From an uncultured Bacteroidia bacterium (GTDB lineage: Bacteria; Bacteroidota; Bacteroidia; Bacteroidales; UBA932): a DNA stretch of 36,638 nucleotides. The stretch lies in NCBI GenBank assembly GCA_902795785.1, contig CADBMK010000169.1, positions 1-36,638 of the forward strand, in the 5' to 3' direction. A model generated the notes under the pieces. The model saw only the letters and a program-made list of their open reading frames with translations. It searched no databases and had not been told where the DNA came from. Below are positions 9,213 through 19,067 of this stretch, one piece after another; positions within the stretch are counted from its first letter, which is position 1; each line of letters starts with the position of its first letter. The position numbers and the translations under genes were made by a program.

Positions 9213-10377
9213 GTCTCTGAAGAGATTCCACCCTTGGGTCTTCTCCGGCGCAATTGCGCAGATTACCGGCAATCCGGCCGAAGGAGACATCGTTAGCGTT
9301 TATTCGGCAGAGGGCAATTTCCTCGCCGCAGGCCATTACCAGATCGGTTCGATTGCGGTAAGGGTGCTCAGTTTTGATTCCGACGTCCTTGCGCCGGATT
9401 TCTGGGAAATCATGTTGAACCGTGCCCTGCAGGTCAGGATTGCCGCAGGTCTCGCACAGAACGGGGAAACAGTCACAAACTGTTACCGTCTCGTCCACGG
9501 TGAAGGCGACAATCTCCCAGGACTTATCATAGATTATTACGCCGGAGTCTGCGTAATGCAGGCACACTCCGTGGGTATGTTCCGCGCCAAGAAGCAGATC
9601 TGCGAGGCCCTCAAGAAGGTTTACGGAGATTCTCTCAAAGCCGTATATGACAAGAGTTCAGGCACAGCCCCGTTCAAGGCCGGCCTTGACCTCGTTGACG
9701 GATATCTCTACAAGGCTGAAGGATTTGACGACAGCGAGCAGGTAGTCCTTGAAAACGGCAATAAATTTCTCGTAAACTGGACGGAAGGTCAGAAGACAGG
9801 CTTCTTCCTGGATCAAAGGGAAAACCGCAATCTTGTGGCCCGCTACGCAAAGGGACGCAACGTCCTGAATCTCTTCTGCTACACCGGAGGCTTCTCCATC
9901 TACGCCCTCAATGCAGGAGCAAAGCACGTTGATTCCGTGGACAGTTCCAGAAAGGCCATGGACATGGTTGACAGGAACGTCGCTCTCAACGGATTCGATT
10001 CCACCAGGCACACCAGCTACTGTGACGATGCCATAGAGTTCGTCAAAAAGGCCCCGGCCGACAAATACGACCTTATGATCGTTGACCCGCCAGCATTCGC
10101 AAAACACCGCGGTGCCCTTAACAACGCCCTTCGCGCTTACCAGCGTCTTAACGCCGCAGCCATATCAAGAGTGGCGCCAGGAGGCTTCGTATTCACCTTC
10201 AGCTGCTCCCAGGTAGTTGACAAAGAGGCCTTTGCCCTTGCAGTCTTCTCAGCGGCAGCCCAGGCCGGCAGAAGCGTCCGCATCCTCGACAGGCTCAACC
10301 AGCCTGCCGACCACTCCGTAAACATCTACCACCCGGAAGGTGAATACCTCAAAGGATTGTTGCTTTACGTTGAATAA
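9178..10377 (+). CDS. rlmI: 23S rRNA m5C1962 methyltransferase (RlmI family, class I SAM-dependent)
   Basis: HPWVFSGAI (PUA domain), RLVHGEGDNLPGL, GQKTGFFLDQRENR, LNLFCYTGGFS, DPPAF, TFSCS, EGEYLK. Confidence 0.92.
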   Translation: MVKVILKKGRDESLKRFHPWVFSGAIAQITGNPAEGDIVSVYSAEGNFLAAGHYQIGSIAVRVLSFDSDVLAPDFWEIMLNRALQVRIAAGLAQNGETVTNCYRLVHGEGDNLPGLIIDYYAGVCVMQAHSVGMFRAKKQICEALKKVYGDSLKAVYDKSSGTAPFKAGLDLVDGYLYKAEGFDDSEQVVLENGNKFLVNWTEGQKTGFFLDQRENRNLVARYAKGRNVLNLFCYTGGFSIYALNAGAKHVDSVDSSRKAMDMVDRNVALNGFDSTRHTSYCDDAIEFVKKAPADKYDLMIVDPPAFAKHRGALNNALRAYQRLNAAAISRVAPGGFVFTFSCSQVVDKEAFALAVFSAAAQAGRSVRILDRLNQPADHSVNIYHPEGEYLKGLLLYVE

Positions 10378-10391
10378 AGTGGCCTCCAGTT

Positions 10392-10423
10392 ATTGCAAAA
10401 AGCAAATTTTAGTACTATATTTG
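10392..10423 (+). promoter_or_regulatory. Promoter of tRNA-Cys
   Basis: ATTG (10392-10395), 20-nt spacer, TATATTTG (10416-10423). Confidence 0.7.
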
Positions 10424-10437
10424 CATTCCAATCAAAT

Positions 10438-10508
10438 GGTGCTTTGGCCGAGAGGTTAGGCACAGGTCTGCAAAACCTGCCAGAGCGGTTCGATTCCGCT
10501 AGGCACCT
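10438..10508 (+). tRNA. tRNA-Cys (GCA)
   Basis: Acceptor GGTGCTT/AGGCACC; D-arm GCC..GGC; anticodon arm CAGGT-CT GCA AA-ACCTG (anticodon 10470-10472); T-arm AGCGG-TTCGATT-CCGCT; discriminator U; CCA not encoded. Confidence 0.97.
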
Positions 10509-10511
10509 CAC

Positions 10512-10540
10512 TCCCCCTGATTCTTCAGGGGGATTTTTTT
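10512..10540 (+). terminator. Intrinsic terminator after tRNA-Cys
   Basis: TCCCCCTGA-TTCT-TCAGGGGGA followed by T7. Confidence 0.9.
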
Positions 10541-10611
10541 ATTTCTATCAAACCATCATTTTCAATTAGATAGCTGAAATCAACCCGAGAAGCAAAATCA
10601 ATCAGGCAGAC

Positions 10612-10644
10612 AAAAAAAGAAGCCGCTCCGGAAGGAACGGCTTC
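10612..10644 (-). terminator. Intrinsic terminator of gap
   Basis: Minus strand GAAGCCGTTCC-TTCC-GGAGCGGCTTC then T7, 24 nt after the gap stop. Confidence 0.88.
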
Positions 10645-10668
10645 ATATTGTTAAGGAATTTATTCAAA

Positions 10669-11706
<1,038 letters not shown>

Positions 11707-11748
11707 TTAAACGTAATTCTACTAACCAGCTCCTTTTCCAGAGCGCTG

Positions 11749-11787
11749 CAAAACTAATAAAAAAATTTAAGAAATTGAATATCTTTG
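11749..11787. promoter_or_regulatory. Divergent -7 boxes for gap (-) and surE-lpxB (+)
   Basis: TAGTTTTG on the minus strand (11749-11756); TATCTTTG on the plus strand (11780-11787). Confidence 0.6.
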
Positions 11788-11807
11788 CAAGGAAAATCAA
11801 AGCATCA

Positions 11808-12647
11808 ATGGAAATCCTTATAACAAACGACGACGGAATCCAGTCAGACGGCATCAAGGCCCTTGTAGAAGCCATGCGTCCGTATGGAAACCTTACCATA
11901 GTCGCCCCTAAATATCATCAGTCCGGCATGTCAATGGCTGTTTCAATGGGATTCAAGCCAATAGCCGTAAAAGAAATCAAAAGAACCGAGAACCAGAGGT
12001 GGATCTACGTAGACGGCACCCCGTCAAGTTGTATCAAGTACGGTCTTGATATGGTAATGAAGGACAGGAAACCTGACGTAGTGATAAGCGGAATCAATCA
12101 CGGAGCCAATGCGGCCACCGCAGTCCTCTATTCCGGGACCCTGGGAGCCACAAAGGAAGCCGCCATCGCCGGCATCCCGGCAATCGGTGTATCCCTTGAC
12201 CATATGTCGTTCAATGCTGACTTCTCCACCGTGGTGAAGATGTTCCCTGCCATATTCGACAAGATAATGGCCAACCTGGGACAGAAGAAAGGAGTCTATT
12301 ACAACATCAACTTCCCTTATCTCAAGGAAAACGAGATAAAGGGCATACGTGTGGCGCACCAGGGAAGCATCCGCTGGGACAACGAATTTGTGGATTTCGA
12401 TCCGGGCATCTATGACAAACTGGGAGTTACCCCTCAGCAGCTCGGAATCACCAGCCTGCCTGAACTCGAGGAAGGAGAAACGCGCTATATGATGGCCGGT
12501 GAGCTCAAGAACAACGATAATGACCACACGTCCGACAACATTCTTCTCGAAAATGGCTATATTACGATTGTTGTACACAATACGGACACGACAGACTACG
12601 GGGAAATCGAAAGACTGAAATCCCTTGAATTTGACCGCGAATTCTAA
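11808..12647 (+). CDS. surE: 5'/3'-nucleotidase SurE
   Basis: ILITNDDGI, VAP...QSG, DGTP, SGINHG, YSGT; start at ATG 11808. Confidence 0.96.
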   Translation: MEILITNDDGIQSDGIKALVEAMRPYGNLTIVAPKYHQSGMSMAVSMGFKPIAVKEIKRTENQRWIYVDGTPSSCIKYGLDMVMKDRKPDVVISGINHGANAATAVLYSGTLGATKEAAIAGIPAIGVSLDHMSFNADFSTVVKMFPAIFDKIMANLGQKKGVYYNINFPYLKENEIKGIRVAHQGSIRWDNEFVDFDPGIYDKLGVTPQQLGITSLPELEEGETRYMMAGELKNNDNDHTSDNILLENGYITIVVHNTDTTDYGEIERLKSLEFDREF

Positions 12648-12650
12648 TAT

Positions 12651-13784
12651 ATGAAGTATTACATCATTGCCGGAGAAGCCTCAGGAGACCTCCACGGATC
12701 CAACCTTATGAAGGGCCTGTATAAAAAAGACCCTTCAGCGGATATCAGGTTCTGGGGCGGAAGCCTGATGAACGGAGTTTACAGGGAAAACCAGAGCGGC
12801 GAGGGCCTGGTCCGCGATTACAAGGACGGAGCTGTAATGGGATTCACCGAAGTTCTGGCCAAGGCGCGTCAGCTTCTGGGCAACGTCAACATGTGCAAGG
12901 AGGACATACTCAGATGGTCTCCTGACGTCGTAATCCTCATTGACTACCCCGGCTTCAACTTCAAAATAGCGGAATTTGCCCACAACAAGGGCTTCAAGGT
13001 CTTCTATTACATTGCGCCCAAGGTCTGGGCTTCACGCGAGAGCAGAATCGAAAAGATCCGCAAGTTCGTGGACAAGTTATTCATAGTATTTCCTTTCGAG
13101 ATTCCATATTTTGAGAAGAAAGGCATTGATTTCATATACAAGGGCAATCCTCTCATTGACGCCATAGACGACACCGAAGATACGGAAGGTCTGCCTCAGG
13201 AGCCGTACATCGCCCTGCTGGCCGGATCCAGGAAGCCGGAAATCGGCACGATGATGCCTGTGTTCGTGGAATTCGCAGACAGGCTGCGCGCCACCCCGGG
13301 ATACGGCAATATGAAGTTCGTGCTTGCCGGAGCGCCGTCAAGAAGCATCGAGGACTACAGTTCCTACATAGGCAATAGAAAAGACTATATAAAGGTCATT
13401 TTCGGGAAGACCCACTCCATCCTGAAACACTCCCAGGCCGCGGTCATCAATTCCGGAACGGCCTCGCTTGAAGCCGCACTCATAGGAACGCCTCAAGTGG
13501 TGGGATACGCAGGAAGCGAAATGACCTTCATGATTGCAAAGCAGATCATAAAGGTCACTTATATATCATTGGGAAATCTGATTCTCGGAAAACACGCTTT
13601 CCGTGAACTTCTCCAGTATTATTTCACACCTGAGAACGTCCTGACTGAAATCAGGCGCATCCTTGAGGACAAGGAATACCGCGACGGAATGATTGCCGAC
13701 TACGCCGAGATCAAAGCAAGGCTTGGAGGTTCCGGGGCATCCGAGGCTGTGGCCGGGGCGATGATCGAAGAACTCTCCAGGTAA
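12651..13784 (+). CDS. lpxB: Lipid-A-disaccharide synthase
   Basis: IAGEASGDLHG, IDYPGFN, YYIAPKVWA, LLAGSR, SGTASLE. Confidence 0.96.
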   Translation: MKYYIIAGEASGDLHGSNLMKGLYKKDPSADIRFWGGSLMNGVYRENQSGEGLVRDYKDGAVMGFTEVLAKARQLLGNVNMCKEDILRWSPDVVILIDYPGFNFKIAEFAHNKGFKVFYYIAPKVWASRESRIEKIRKFVDKLFIVFPFEIPYFEKKGIDFIYKGNPLIDAIDDTEDTEGLPQEPYIALLAGSRKPEIGTMMPVFVEFADRLRATPGYGNMKFVLAGAPSRSIEDYSSYIGNRKDYIKVIFGKTHSILKHSQAAVINSGTASLEAALIGTPQVVGYAGSEMTFMIAKQIIKVTYISLGNLILGKHAFRELLQYYFTPENVLTEIRRILEDKEYRDGMIADYAEIKARLGGSGASEAVAGAMIEELSR

Positions 13785-13787
13785 ACC

Positions 13788-14456
13788 TTAATATACCCTC
13801 GGTCCAAAAATCTTGGAGCCGACGCGGATAAAGGTTGCACCGTAATTCAGGGCAATCTTGTAATCCTCTGACATACCGATTGACAGTTCCTTGAAATCCT
13901 TGTTTTCAGGGAACGTATCTTTTATATAGTCAAAGTGATTCTTGATCCTCTGGAAGTCAGCGGCAACGGCCTCTTCGTCATCCGTATGCGATGCCATACC
14001 CATAAGGCCGCAGATTCGCACTCCCCTGTACTTGTCGGCATTGAACATCACGTCCAGGATTTCCTCTTCGTAAAAACCCTGCTTGGTTTCCTCAGCGCCG
14101 ATGTGCATCTCAAGAAGGACGTCCATTACCTTGCCGTTCTTAAGGCACCACTTGTTCACCTCGTCGAGAAGATGAACAGTATCAATGGACTGGACCATTG
14201 AAACATAAGGAAGGACCATCTTAAGTTTGTTGGTCTGAAGGTGACCAAGGAAATGGAAGCTGACGTCCTTGAGGAGTTCCTCCGGAAGTTCCTTCATCTT
14301 CTTCTCAAGTTCCTGCGGGCGGTTTTCACCAAAGAGTTTCTGACCAGCCTGCCAGGCCTCGATTATGGCTTCACATGGATGGAATTTGGAAACTGCCACC
14401 AGTCTTGTTCCTGATGGCAGTTCACTTGTTATTTCTTTTATAATTTCACCTATCAT
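13788..14456 (-). CDS. yggS: PLP homeostasis protein, YggS family
   Basis: LVAVSKFH, FGENRPQE, HFLGHLQTNK, LSIGMSEDY, IRVGSKIFG. Confidence 0.96.
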   Translation of the reverse strand: MIGEIIKEITSELPSGTRLVAVSKFHPCEAIIEAWQAGQKLFGENRPQELEKKMKELPEELLKDVSFHFLGHLQTNKLKMVLPYVSMVQSIDTVHLLDEVNKWCLKNGKVMDVLLEMHIGAEETKQGFYEEEILDVMFNADKYRGVRICGLMGMASHTDDEEAVAADFQRIKNHFDYIKDTFPENKDFKELSIGMSEDYKIALNYGATFIRVGSKIFGPRVY

Positions 14457-14465
14457 ATGGAAAAA

Positions 14466-16319
14466 TTATCGCTTCTGCTGTTTTCTCATCTGCTCCTGCA
14501 TTCTCTGAGCCTCCTCCAGACGAAGCTGCCACTTTGACTTAGGCGCCTTCTTTCCTTCGGTTGCCTTGAGCCTTGCGCGGATTGCATCGGCATCCACAAA
14601 GAACTTCTTGATGACGAAGGTCTCAATCATCGTGATGATGTTTGAAAGGAGGTAGTAGTAACTGAGACCTGCAGAGAGGTTGTTACAGATGAAGAACATC
14701 ATTATAGGCATCATCCAAAGAGTCATGAACCTCATACTCTGTGCATTAGGATCATTGCCGCTCATCTGGGTCGTTGTCATTCTTGAATAGAAGAACATTG
14801 ACACGGCCATAAGGAGGGCGAAGAGGCTCAGGTGGTCTCCAAGGAGAGGGATTCTGAAGCCGAAGTCAAGGATTGAATCGTATCCTGAAAGGTCGTCAGC
14901 CCAGAGGAAGCTCTGCTGACGGAGCTCGATGGATGCTGGGAAGAAACGGAACATCGCCCAGAGGATTGGGAACTGGATGAGCATAGGAAGACATCCTCCC
15001 ATAGGGTTAATGCCTGCTCTTCTGTAAAGGTCCATCTGAGCCTGCTGCTTCTTCATCGCATCGTTCTGGTCAGGATACTTCTCGTTGAGCTTGTCAATCT
15101 CAGGCTTGATGGCCTGCATCTTTGCAGATGAAGAGTATGACTTGTATGAAAGAGGAAGCACAACGGTCTTGATGAAGATGGTCATCAGGAGGATGATGAT
15201 ACCGAAATTCGAAATCCAGTTGTGGAGGAAGTCAAACAGAGGGATGATCACATACTTGGTGAACCAGCCTACGAGCCAGCCGCCGAGCGGGATGATCTTC
15301 TCGTACTTATTGTTATAAGCCTTGAGAGTCTTGTAATGGTTAGGTCCGAAATAGTAACGGATTGGGAACACCACCTTGTCCGAAGACTTGAAGTCAGCCC
15401 TCATCTGGGCGTTGCAGACCATAAGATTGTGTGATGGATCGTCTTCCTTCACGAATTCAACGCCAATCTCTCCGTTGACAAAGCCCATTTCAGGAGTTAC
15501 GATCATTGAGAAGAACTGCTGCTGGAAAGCGAACCACTCGCTCCTGCCGTCAATCTTCTTGGATGCTGATTTTCCACGGCCGATCTCAGCAGGCTTCTTC
15601 TCCCCCGGATAATAGACATCCGTCTTGGAATACCTCATCTCGTTCTGATAGCCCTTCTCCATTCTTGGGATTGTGACATTGTAATCGAAGTCGATGGTAG
15701 TCACGTTCTTAGGAATGACATTGTCCATCCCGACAAAAGAGAGGGCGCTGCCAAGGTCATAAGAACCGTCCTTGAGGGAATATGTCTGCTCGATATATCC
15801 GCCGCCGCTGAACGGAAGGCGGAATGTCGCTGATTTGTCAGTCTTCTCTACGATACCGAACACGAAATCAGCCGTATTGATATACTCTCCGGCATAGACA
15901 GAAGCTCCGAAACGTGCCTGACCAGGGTTGAACAGGTAGGTTGCGGTGCTGTCGTAGTTGCAATACTTTGTAAGTTTGACTGAATATGGCTGAGCGCCCT
16001 TTGTGCTGAGCGCAACCTCCATCACGTCGTTAGAGAGTACGATGTACTCAGCCGCTGCAAGACGGGATGACTCAAGAAGAGAATCCTGATAAACCCTCTG
16101 AGTGCCGGCAAGCGCCTCAGCAACCTCGGCAAGTGAAGTGTCCGCCTTTGCCATCGCGGCAAGTGACGCTTCTTTTCTGACATTCTCGATTGAGTCCTGG
16201 CGAGCCTGCTCAACCGCCATAGCCTCATTTACCTTGGCCTGCTGCTTGCTCTGATACCAGGTAAAGCCGAACAGGATTGCGGCAATGGCTATGAAACCAA
16301 ATACTGTATTCTTATCCAT
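14466..16319 (-). CDS. yidC: Membrane protein insertase YidC
   Basis: MDKNTVFGF N-terminal TM, NFGIIILLMT, GINPMGGCLPMLIQFPI, FLWADDLS. Confidence 0.96.
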   Translation of the reverse strand: MDKNTVFGFIAIAAILFGFTWYQSKQQAKVNEAMAVEQARQDSIENVRKEASLAAMAKADTSLAEVAEALAGTQRVYQDSLLESSRLAAAEYIVLSNDVMEVALSTKGAQPYSVKLTKYCNYDSTATYLFNPGQARFGASVYAGEYINTADFVFGIVEKTDKSATFRLPFSGGGYIEQTYSLKDGSYDLGSALSFVGMDNVIPKNVTTIDFDYNVTIPRMEKGYQNEMRYSKTDVYYPGEKKPAEIGRGKSASKKIDGRSEWFAFQQQFFSMIVTPEMGFVNGEIGVEFVKEDDPSHNLMVCNAQMRADFKSSDKVVFPIRYYFGPNHYKTLKAYNNKYEKIIPLGGWLVGWFTKYVIIPLFDFLHNWISNFGIIILLMTIFIKTVVLPLSYKSYSSSAKMQAIKPEIDKLNEKYPDQNDAMKKQQAQMDLYRRAGINPMGGCLPMLIQFPILWAMFRFFPASIELRQQSFLWADDLSGYDSILDFGFRIPLLGDHLSLFALLMAVSMFFYSRMTTTQMSGNDPNAQSMRFMTLWMMPIMMFFICNNLSAGLSYYYLLSNIITMIETFVIKKFFVDADAIRARLKATEGKKAPKSKWQLRLEEAQRMQEQMRKQQKR

Positions 16320-16326
16320 TTAATAA

Positions 16327-18048
16327 TTAATCTTCTGGTGTATTTCTAATTTTATTTTCAAGTGCCTTGAGTTCTTCCTTAGCTGAAGCAATCCTGTCCT
16401 CCATCTGCTTGATGAGAGGGGCTGAATTCTTGCTTGCAGAGAAGAAGCCGATATTGTTCTCGCAGGTATCGATATCCTGCTGGAGCCTGTTGTACTGCTG
16501 GATGAGTTTCTCCCTCTCAGATACAGGACGGCGTGACTGATGGTCTGCATGGCGGCCGTGGCGCTGACCGAATTCCGGGAACTTAGCCTGCATAGCCTCC
16601 TTATAAGCGGATGCGATTGCCTCCTTCTCCTTGAACGGAACAAATCCGATGGCCTGCCACTTTGAAGAGAAATTCTTCATTGCCTCGGCATCGTTGCCTT
16701 CATAAGCCTTGATTTCTTCGATGAGGGCCTTCTTGGCCTTGAGATTAGCATAGAACTCATTCTCCGGTTTTGCGTTCTTCTGCTTCTCGGCGAAGAATGC
16801 GTCACAGGCTGCGCGGAAACGCTTCCAAATCTGCTCAGACTTCTTGCGTGGAACGGCACCTATCTCCTTCCACTGCTTCTGGAGGGCGATGAACTGATCG
16901 GTTGTCTTCTTCCAGTCCGTGCTGTCCTTAAGCTGCTCAGCCTGCTCGATGATGGCCATCTTCTTCTCAAGGTTCTCATTCATGCTGTCCTTGAACTCAG
17001 AGTAGAACACCCTCTTGCGCTCAAAGAACTTGTCGCACGCGGCGCGGAAACGGTCGTAAATCTTTTGATTCTCCTTCTTGGTGGCGAATCCGATGCCTTT
17101 CCATTTTGCCTGAACGGCCTCAATTTCCTTGGTAAGGTTATTCCATTCGTTTGAAGATGTGGCCTCCTTGTCGGCGATGGCCTCTACTTCCTCGCATAGT
17201 TTTGTCTTTGCCTCGAGGTTCTGGACCTGCTGCTCCTTCATTCCCTCGAAGTAAGCCTGATATTTCTTGTTGATAACGGCAGTTGCCGCCTTGAAGCGCT
17301 CCCAGATGGAATCACGGAATTCCTTTGCAACAGGGCCGAATTCCTTCCACTGCTCGTGCAGTTTCTGGAGTTCTTTGAAAGCCTCCACCACATTCTCGTT
17401 CTCGGAAAGCTTTTCCGCAGCCAGGCAGAATTCTTCCTTTGCCTCGAGGTTCTTTTTGAAATCAAGGTCACGCAGATCGTGGTTGATCTTGACCATGTCA
17501 TAGAACTTCTCAACGTAGAACTGATATGTATCGTTGATGTCCCTGAAACTTGTGACAGGAACCGGGCCGATTTCCCTCCAGCGGTTCTGGATCTCACGGA
17601 ACGCAGGGAAAGTGGCGTTCACATCCTCCTGCTTCTCCACAAGGGCCTTGAGGTCTTCGATGACGGCCTTTTTCTTTTCAAGGTTCTCTTCCCTTTCCTG
17701 TTCAATCTTCTTATTGTATTCCGCACGCTCAGACTTGTATGTGGCGTAGATTTCCTTAAATCCGTTTTCGAGAACGGTCAGGGCGTCGTCAGCCTCGTCT
17801 CCGTTCTCCGCTCTCTGCTTTGAGAGATTCTTGTAGAATGCAGAACGTATTGCTTCCGCAGTCTTTGATTTTTTAAGGCGGTCAGCGCTGCTGACAAGTT
17901 CCTGGAAAAGCTGTGTAAGTTCAGCAAGAGTCTTTTCAGCAAAATTTACCGTAGGTTCTTCTTCTGGTTCAACCGTTGACGTCTTTTCTGCTACATCTGA
18001 AGCAACAACCTTTTCCTCTGCTGCCTCAGGGATAATTTCTTCACTCAT
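16327..18048 (-). CDS. DUF349 repeat-domain protein
   Basis: Repeats of W(K/R)xIG(P/A/F)V...IW(E/K)RF(K/R)AA...NLE(K/A)K, typical of DUF349. Confidence 0.9.
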   Translation of the reverse strand: MSEEIIPEAAEEKVVASDVAEKTSTVEPEEEPTVNFAEKTLAELTQLFQELVSSADRLKKSKTAEAIRSAFYKNLSKQRAENGDEADDALTVLENGFKEIYATYKSERAEYNKKIEQEREENLEKKKAVIEDLKALVEKQEDVNATFPAFREIQNRWREIGPVPVTSFRDINDTYQFYVEKFYDMVKINHDLRDLDFKKNLEAKEEFCLAAEKLSENENVVEAFKELQKLHEQWKEFGPVAKEFRDSIWERFKAATAVINKKYQAYFEGMKEQQVQNLEAKTKLCEEVEAIADKEATSSNEWNNLTKEIEAVQAKWKGIGFATKKENQKIYDRFRAACDKFFERKRVFYSEFKDSMNENLEKKMAIIEQAEQLKDSTDWKKTTDQFIALQKQWKEIGAVPRKKSEQIWKRFRAACDAFFAEKQKNAKPENEFYANLKAKKALIEEIKAYEGNDAEAMKNFSSKWQAIGFVPFKEKEAIASAYKEAMQAKFPEFGQRHGRHADHQSRRPVSEREKLIQQYNRLQQDIDTCENNIGFFSASKNSAPLIKQMEDRIASAKEELKALENKIRNTPED

Positions 18049-18086
18049 AATTAAAGAGTTATAAGTTTAACAATAGTAATGAATAG

Positions 18087-18123
18087 CAAATATACTCATT
18101 TTCGATTAAAAAGGCTATTTTTG
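18087..18123. promoter_or_regulatory. Divergent -7 boxes for DUF349-yidC-yggS (-) and trmD (+)
   Basis: TATATTTG on the minus strand (18087-18094); TATTTTTG on the plus strand (18116-18123). Confidence 0.6.
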
Positions 18124-18144
18124 CACTTGCAAAGCATTTATTCT

Positions 18145-18831
18145 ATGAGAATTGACATCCTGACTGTTGTTCCGGAGCTTCTTGACAGCCCCCTGTCACA
18201 CTCCATCGTCGGCAGAGCCCGCAAGAAAGGCATCGTTGACATACATATTCACAACCTTCGCAAATACGGCATCGGCCCGCGCCAGAATGTCGATGATTAC
18301 AGTTATGGCGGAGACGCCGGTATGGTCATGATGATCGAGCCGGTGTACAAGATGATTAACGAGCTTAAGTCAGAGCGTGAATACGACGAAGTCATCTATA
18401 TGTCCCCTGACGGTGAAATTCTCAATCAGTCAATTGCCAACGAACTCTCACTTAAAGGAAACATCATAATCCTGTGCGGTCATTACAAAGGCATTGACCA
18501 CAGAATACGCGAGCATCTTATCACCAGGGAGATTTCTGTTGGAAACTACGTGGTCAGCGGAGGAGAGATTCCCGCCGCCCTTCTTGCAGATTCTATAGTA
18601 AGACTCATTCCCGGAGCGCTCACCGACGAGACATCCGCACTGAGCGACAGTTTCCAGGATAACCTTCTCTCACCTCCGGTTTACACCAGGCCGGCCGAAT
18701 TCAACGGCTGGAAAGTGCCGGACGTGCTGCTCAGCGGTAATCCTAAGCTCATCCAGAAATGGCAGGACGAGCAGGCCGTTGAAAGGACAAAAGCCCTCAG
18801 GCCTGAACTTCTAAAAGCGTCCGACAAATAA
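18145..18831 (+). CDS. trmD: tRNA (guanine37-N1)-methyltransferase
   Basis: [51 protein letters not shown]. Confidence 0.97.
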   Translation: MRIDILTVVPELLDSPLSHSIVGRARKKGIVDIHIHNLRKYGIGPRQNVDDYSYGGDAGMVMMIEPVYKMINELKSEREYDEVIYMSPDGEILNQSIANELSLKGNIIILCGHYKGIDHRIREHLITREISVGNYVVSGGEIPAALLADSIVRLIPGALTDETSALSDSFQDNLLSPPVYTRPAEFNGWKVPDVLLSGNPKLIQKWQDEQAVERTKALRPELLKASDK

Positions 18832-18880
18832 GCCCTAATATTTTAAAATATTTTAATATATAGTTTTTCGTTAAAAAAGA

Positions 18881-18911
18881 TTTGCATATCTAAAACGATT
18901 AAGTATATTTG
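18881..18911 (+). promoter_or_regulatory. Full-consensus Bacteroidota promoter with no CDS behind it
   Basis: TTTG (18881-18884), N19, TATATTTG (18904-18911). Confidence 0.8.
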
Positions 18912-18916
18912 TAGTG

Positions 18917-19045
18917 TTGAAAACAGTTGACACAACTGATTTTCAGCATTGCTGAACATTCTAACCATTAATAATTAACCTTCATATAAGGTAAAATACA
19001 CTACTAACTAACCGATAAAGGCTCGCAGTGATGCGGGCCTTTAAT
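18917..19045 (+). ncRNA. Candidate small RNA between trmD and thiL
   Basis: Consensus promoter, 5' hairpin, A/C/U-rich linker and 3' GC hairpin; no ATG before the 3' hairpin. Ends are approximate. Confidence 0.6.
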
Positions 19046-19052
19046 CATTTTT
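19016..19052 (+). terminator. Hairpin, probable intrinsic terminator of the candidate sRNA
   Basis: TAAAGGCTCGCA-GTGA-TGCGGGCCTTTA followed by ATCATTTTT (imperfect U-tract). Confidence 0.65.
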
Positions 19053-19053
19053 G

Positions 19054-19061
19054 TATATTTG
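19054..19061 (+). promoter_or_regulatory. -7 promoter box of thiL (probable leaderless mRNA)
   Basis: TATATTTG ends 6 nt before ATG 19068. Confidence 0.65.
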
Positions 19062-19067
19062 CTAACC

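Noticed and set aside
10438-10611. tRNA-Cys as an integration site for a mobile element
   Set aside because: No integrase and no repeat of the tRNA 3' end were seen; only about 70 nt separate the two terminators.
16327-18048. Internal repeats as a repeat array or CRISPR
   Set aside because: These are degenerate protein-level DUF349 repeats, not identical DNA repeats with spacers.
18837-18852. Palindrome AATATTTTAAAATATT, and the similar AAATTTTAAAAATTT at 5448-5462, as operator sites
   Set aside because: Both are pure A/T in very AT-rich spacers and cannot be told from chance without comparative data.
18917-19045. TPP riboswitch upstream of thiL
   Set aside because: There is no CTGAGA or matching TPP core, and thiL has its own promoter box after the hairpin.
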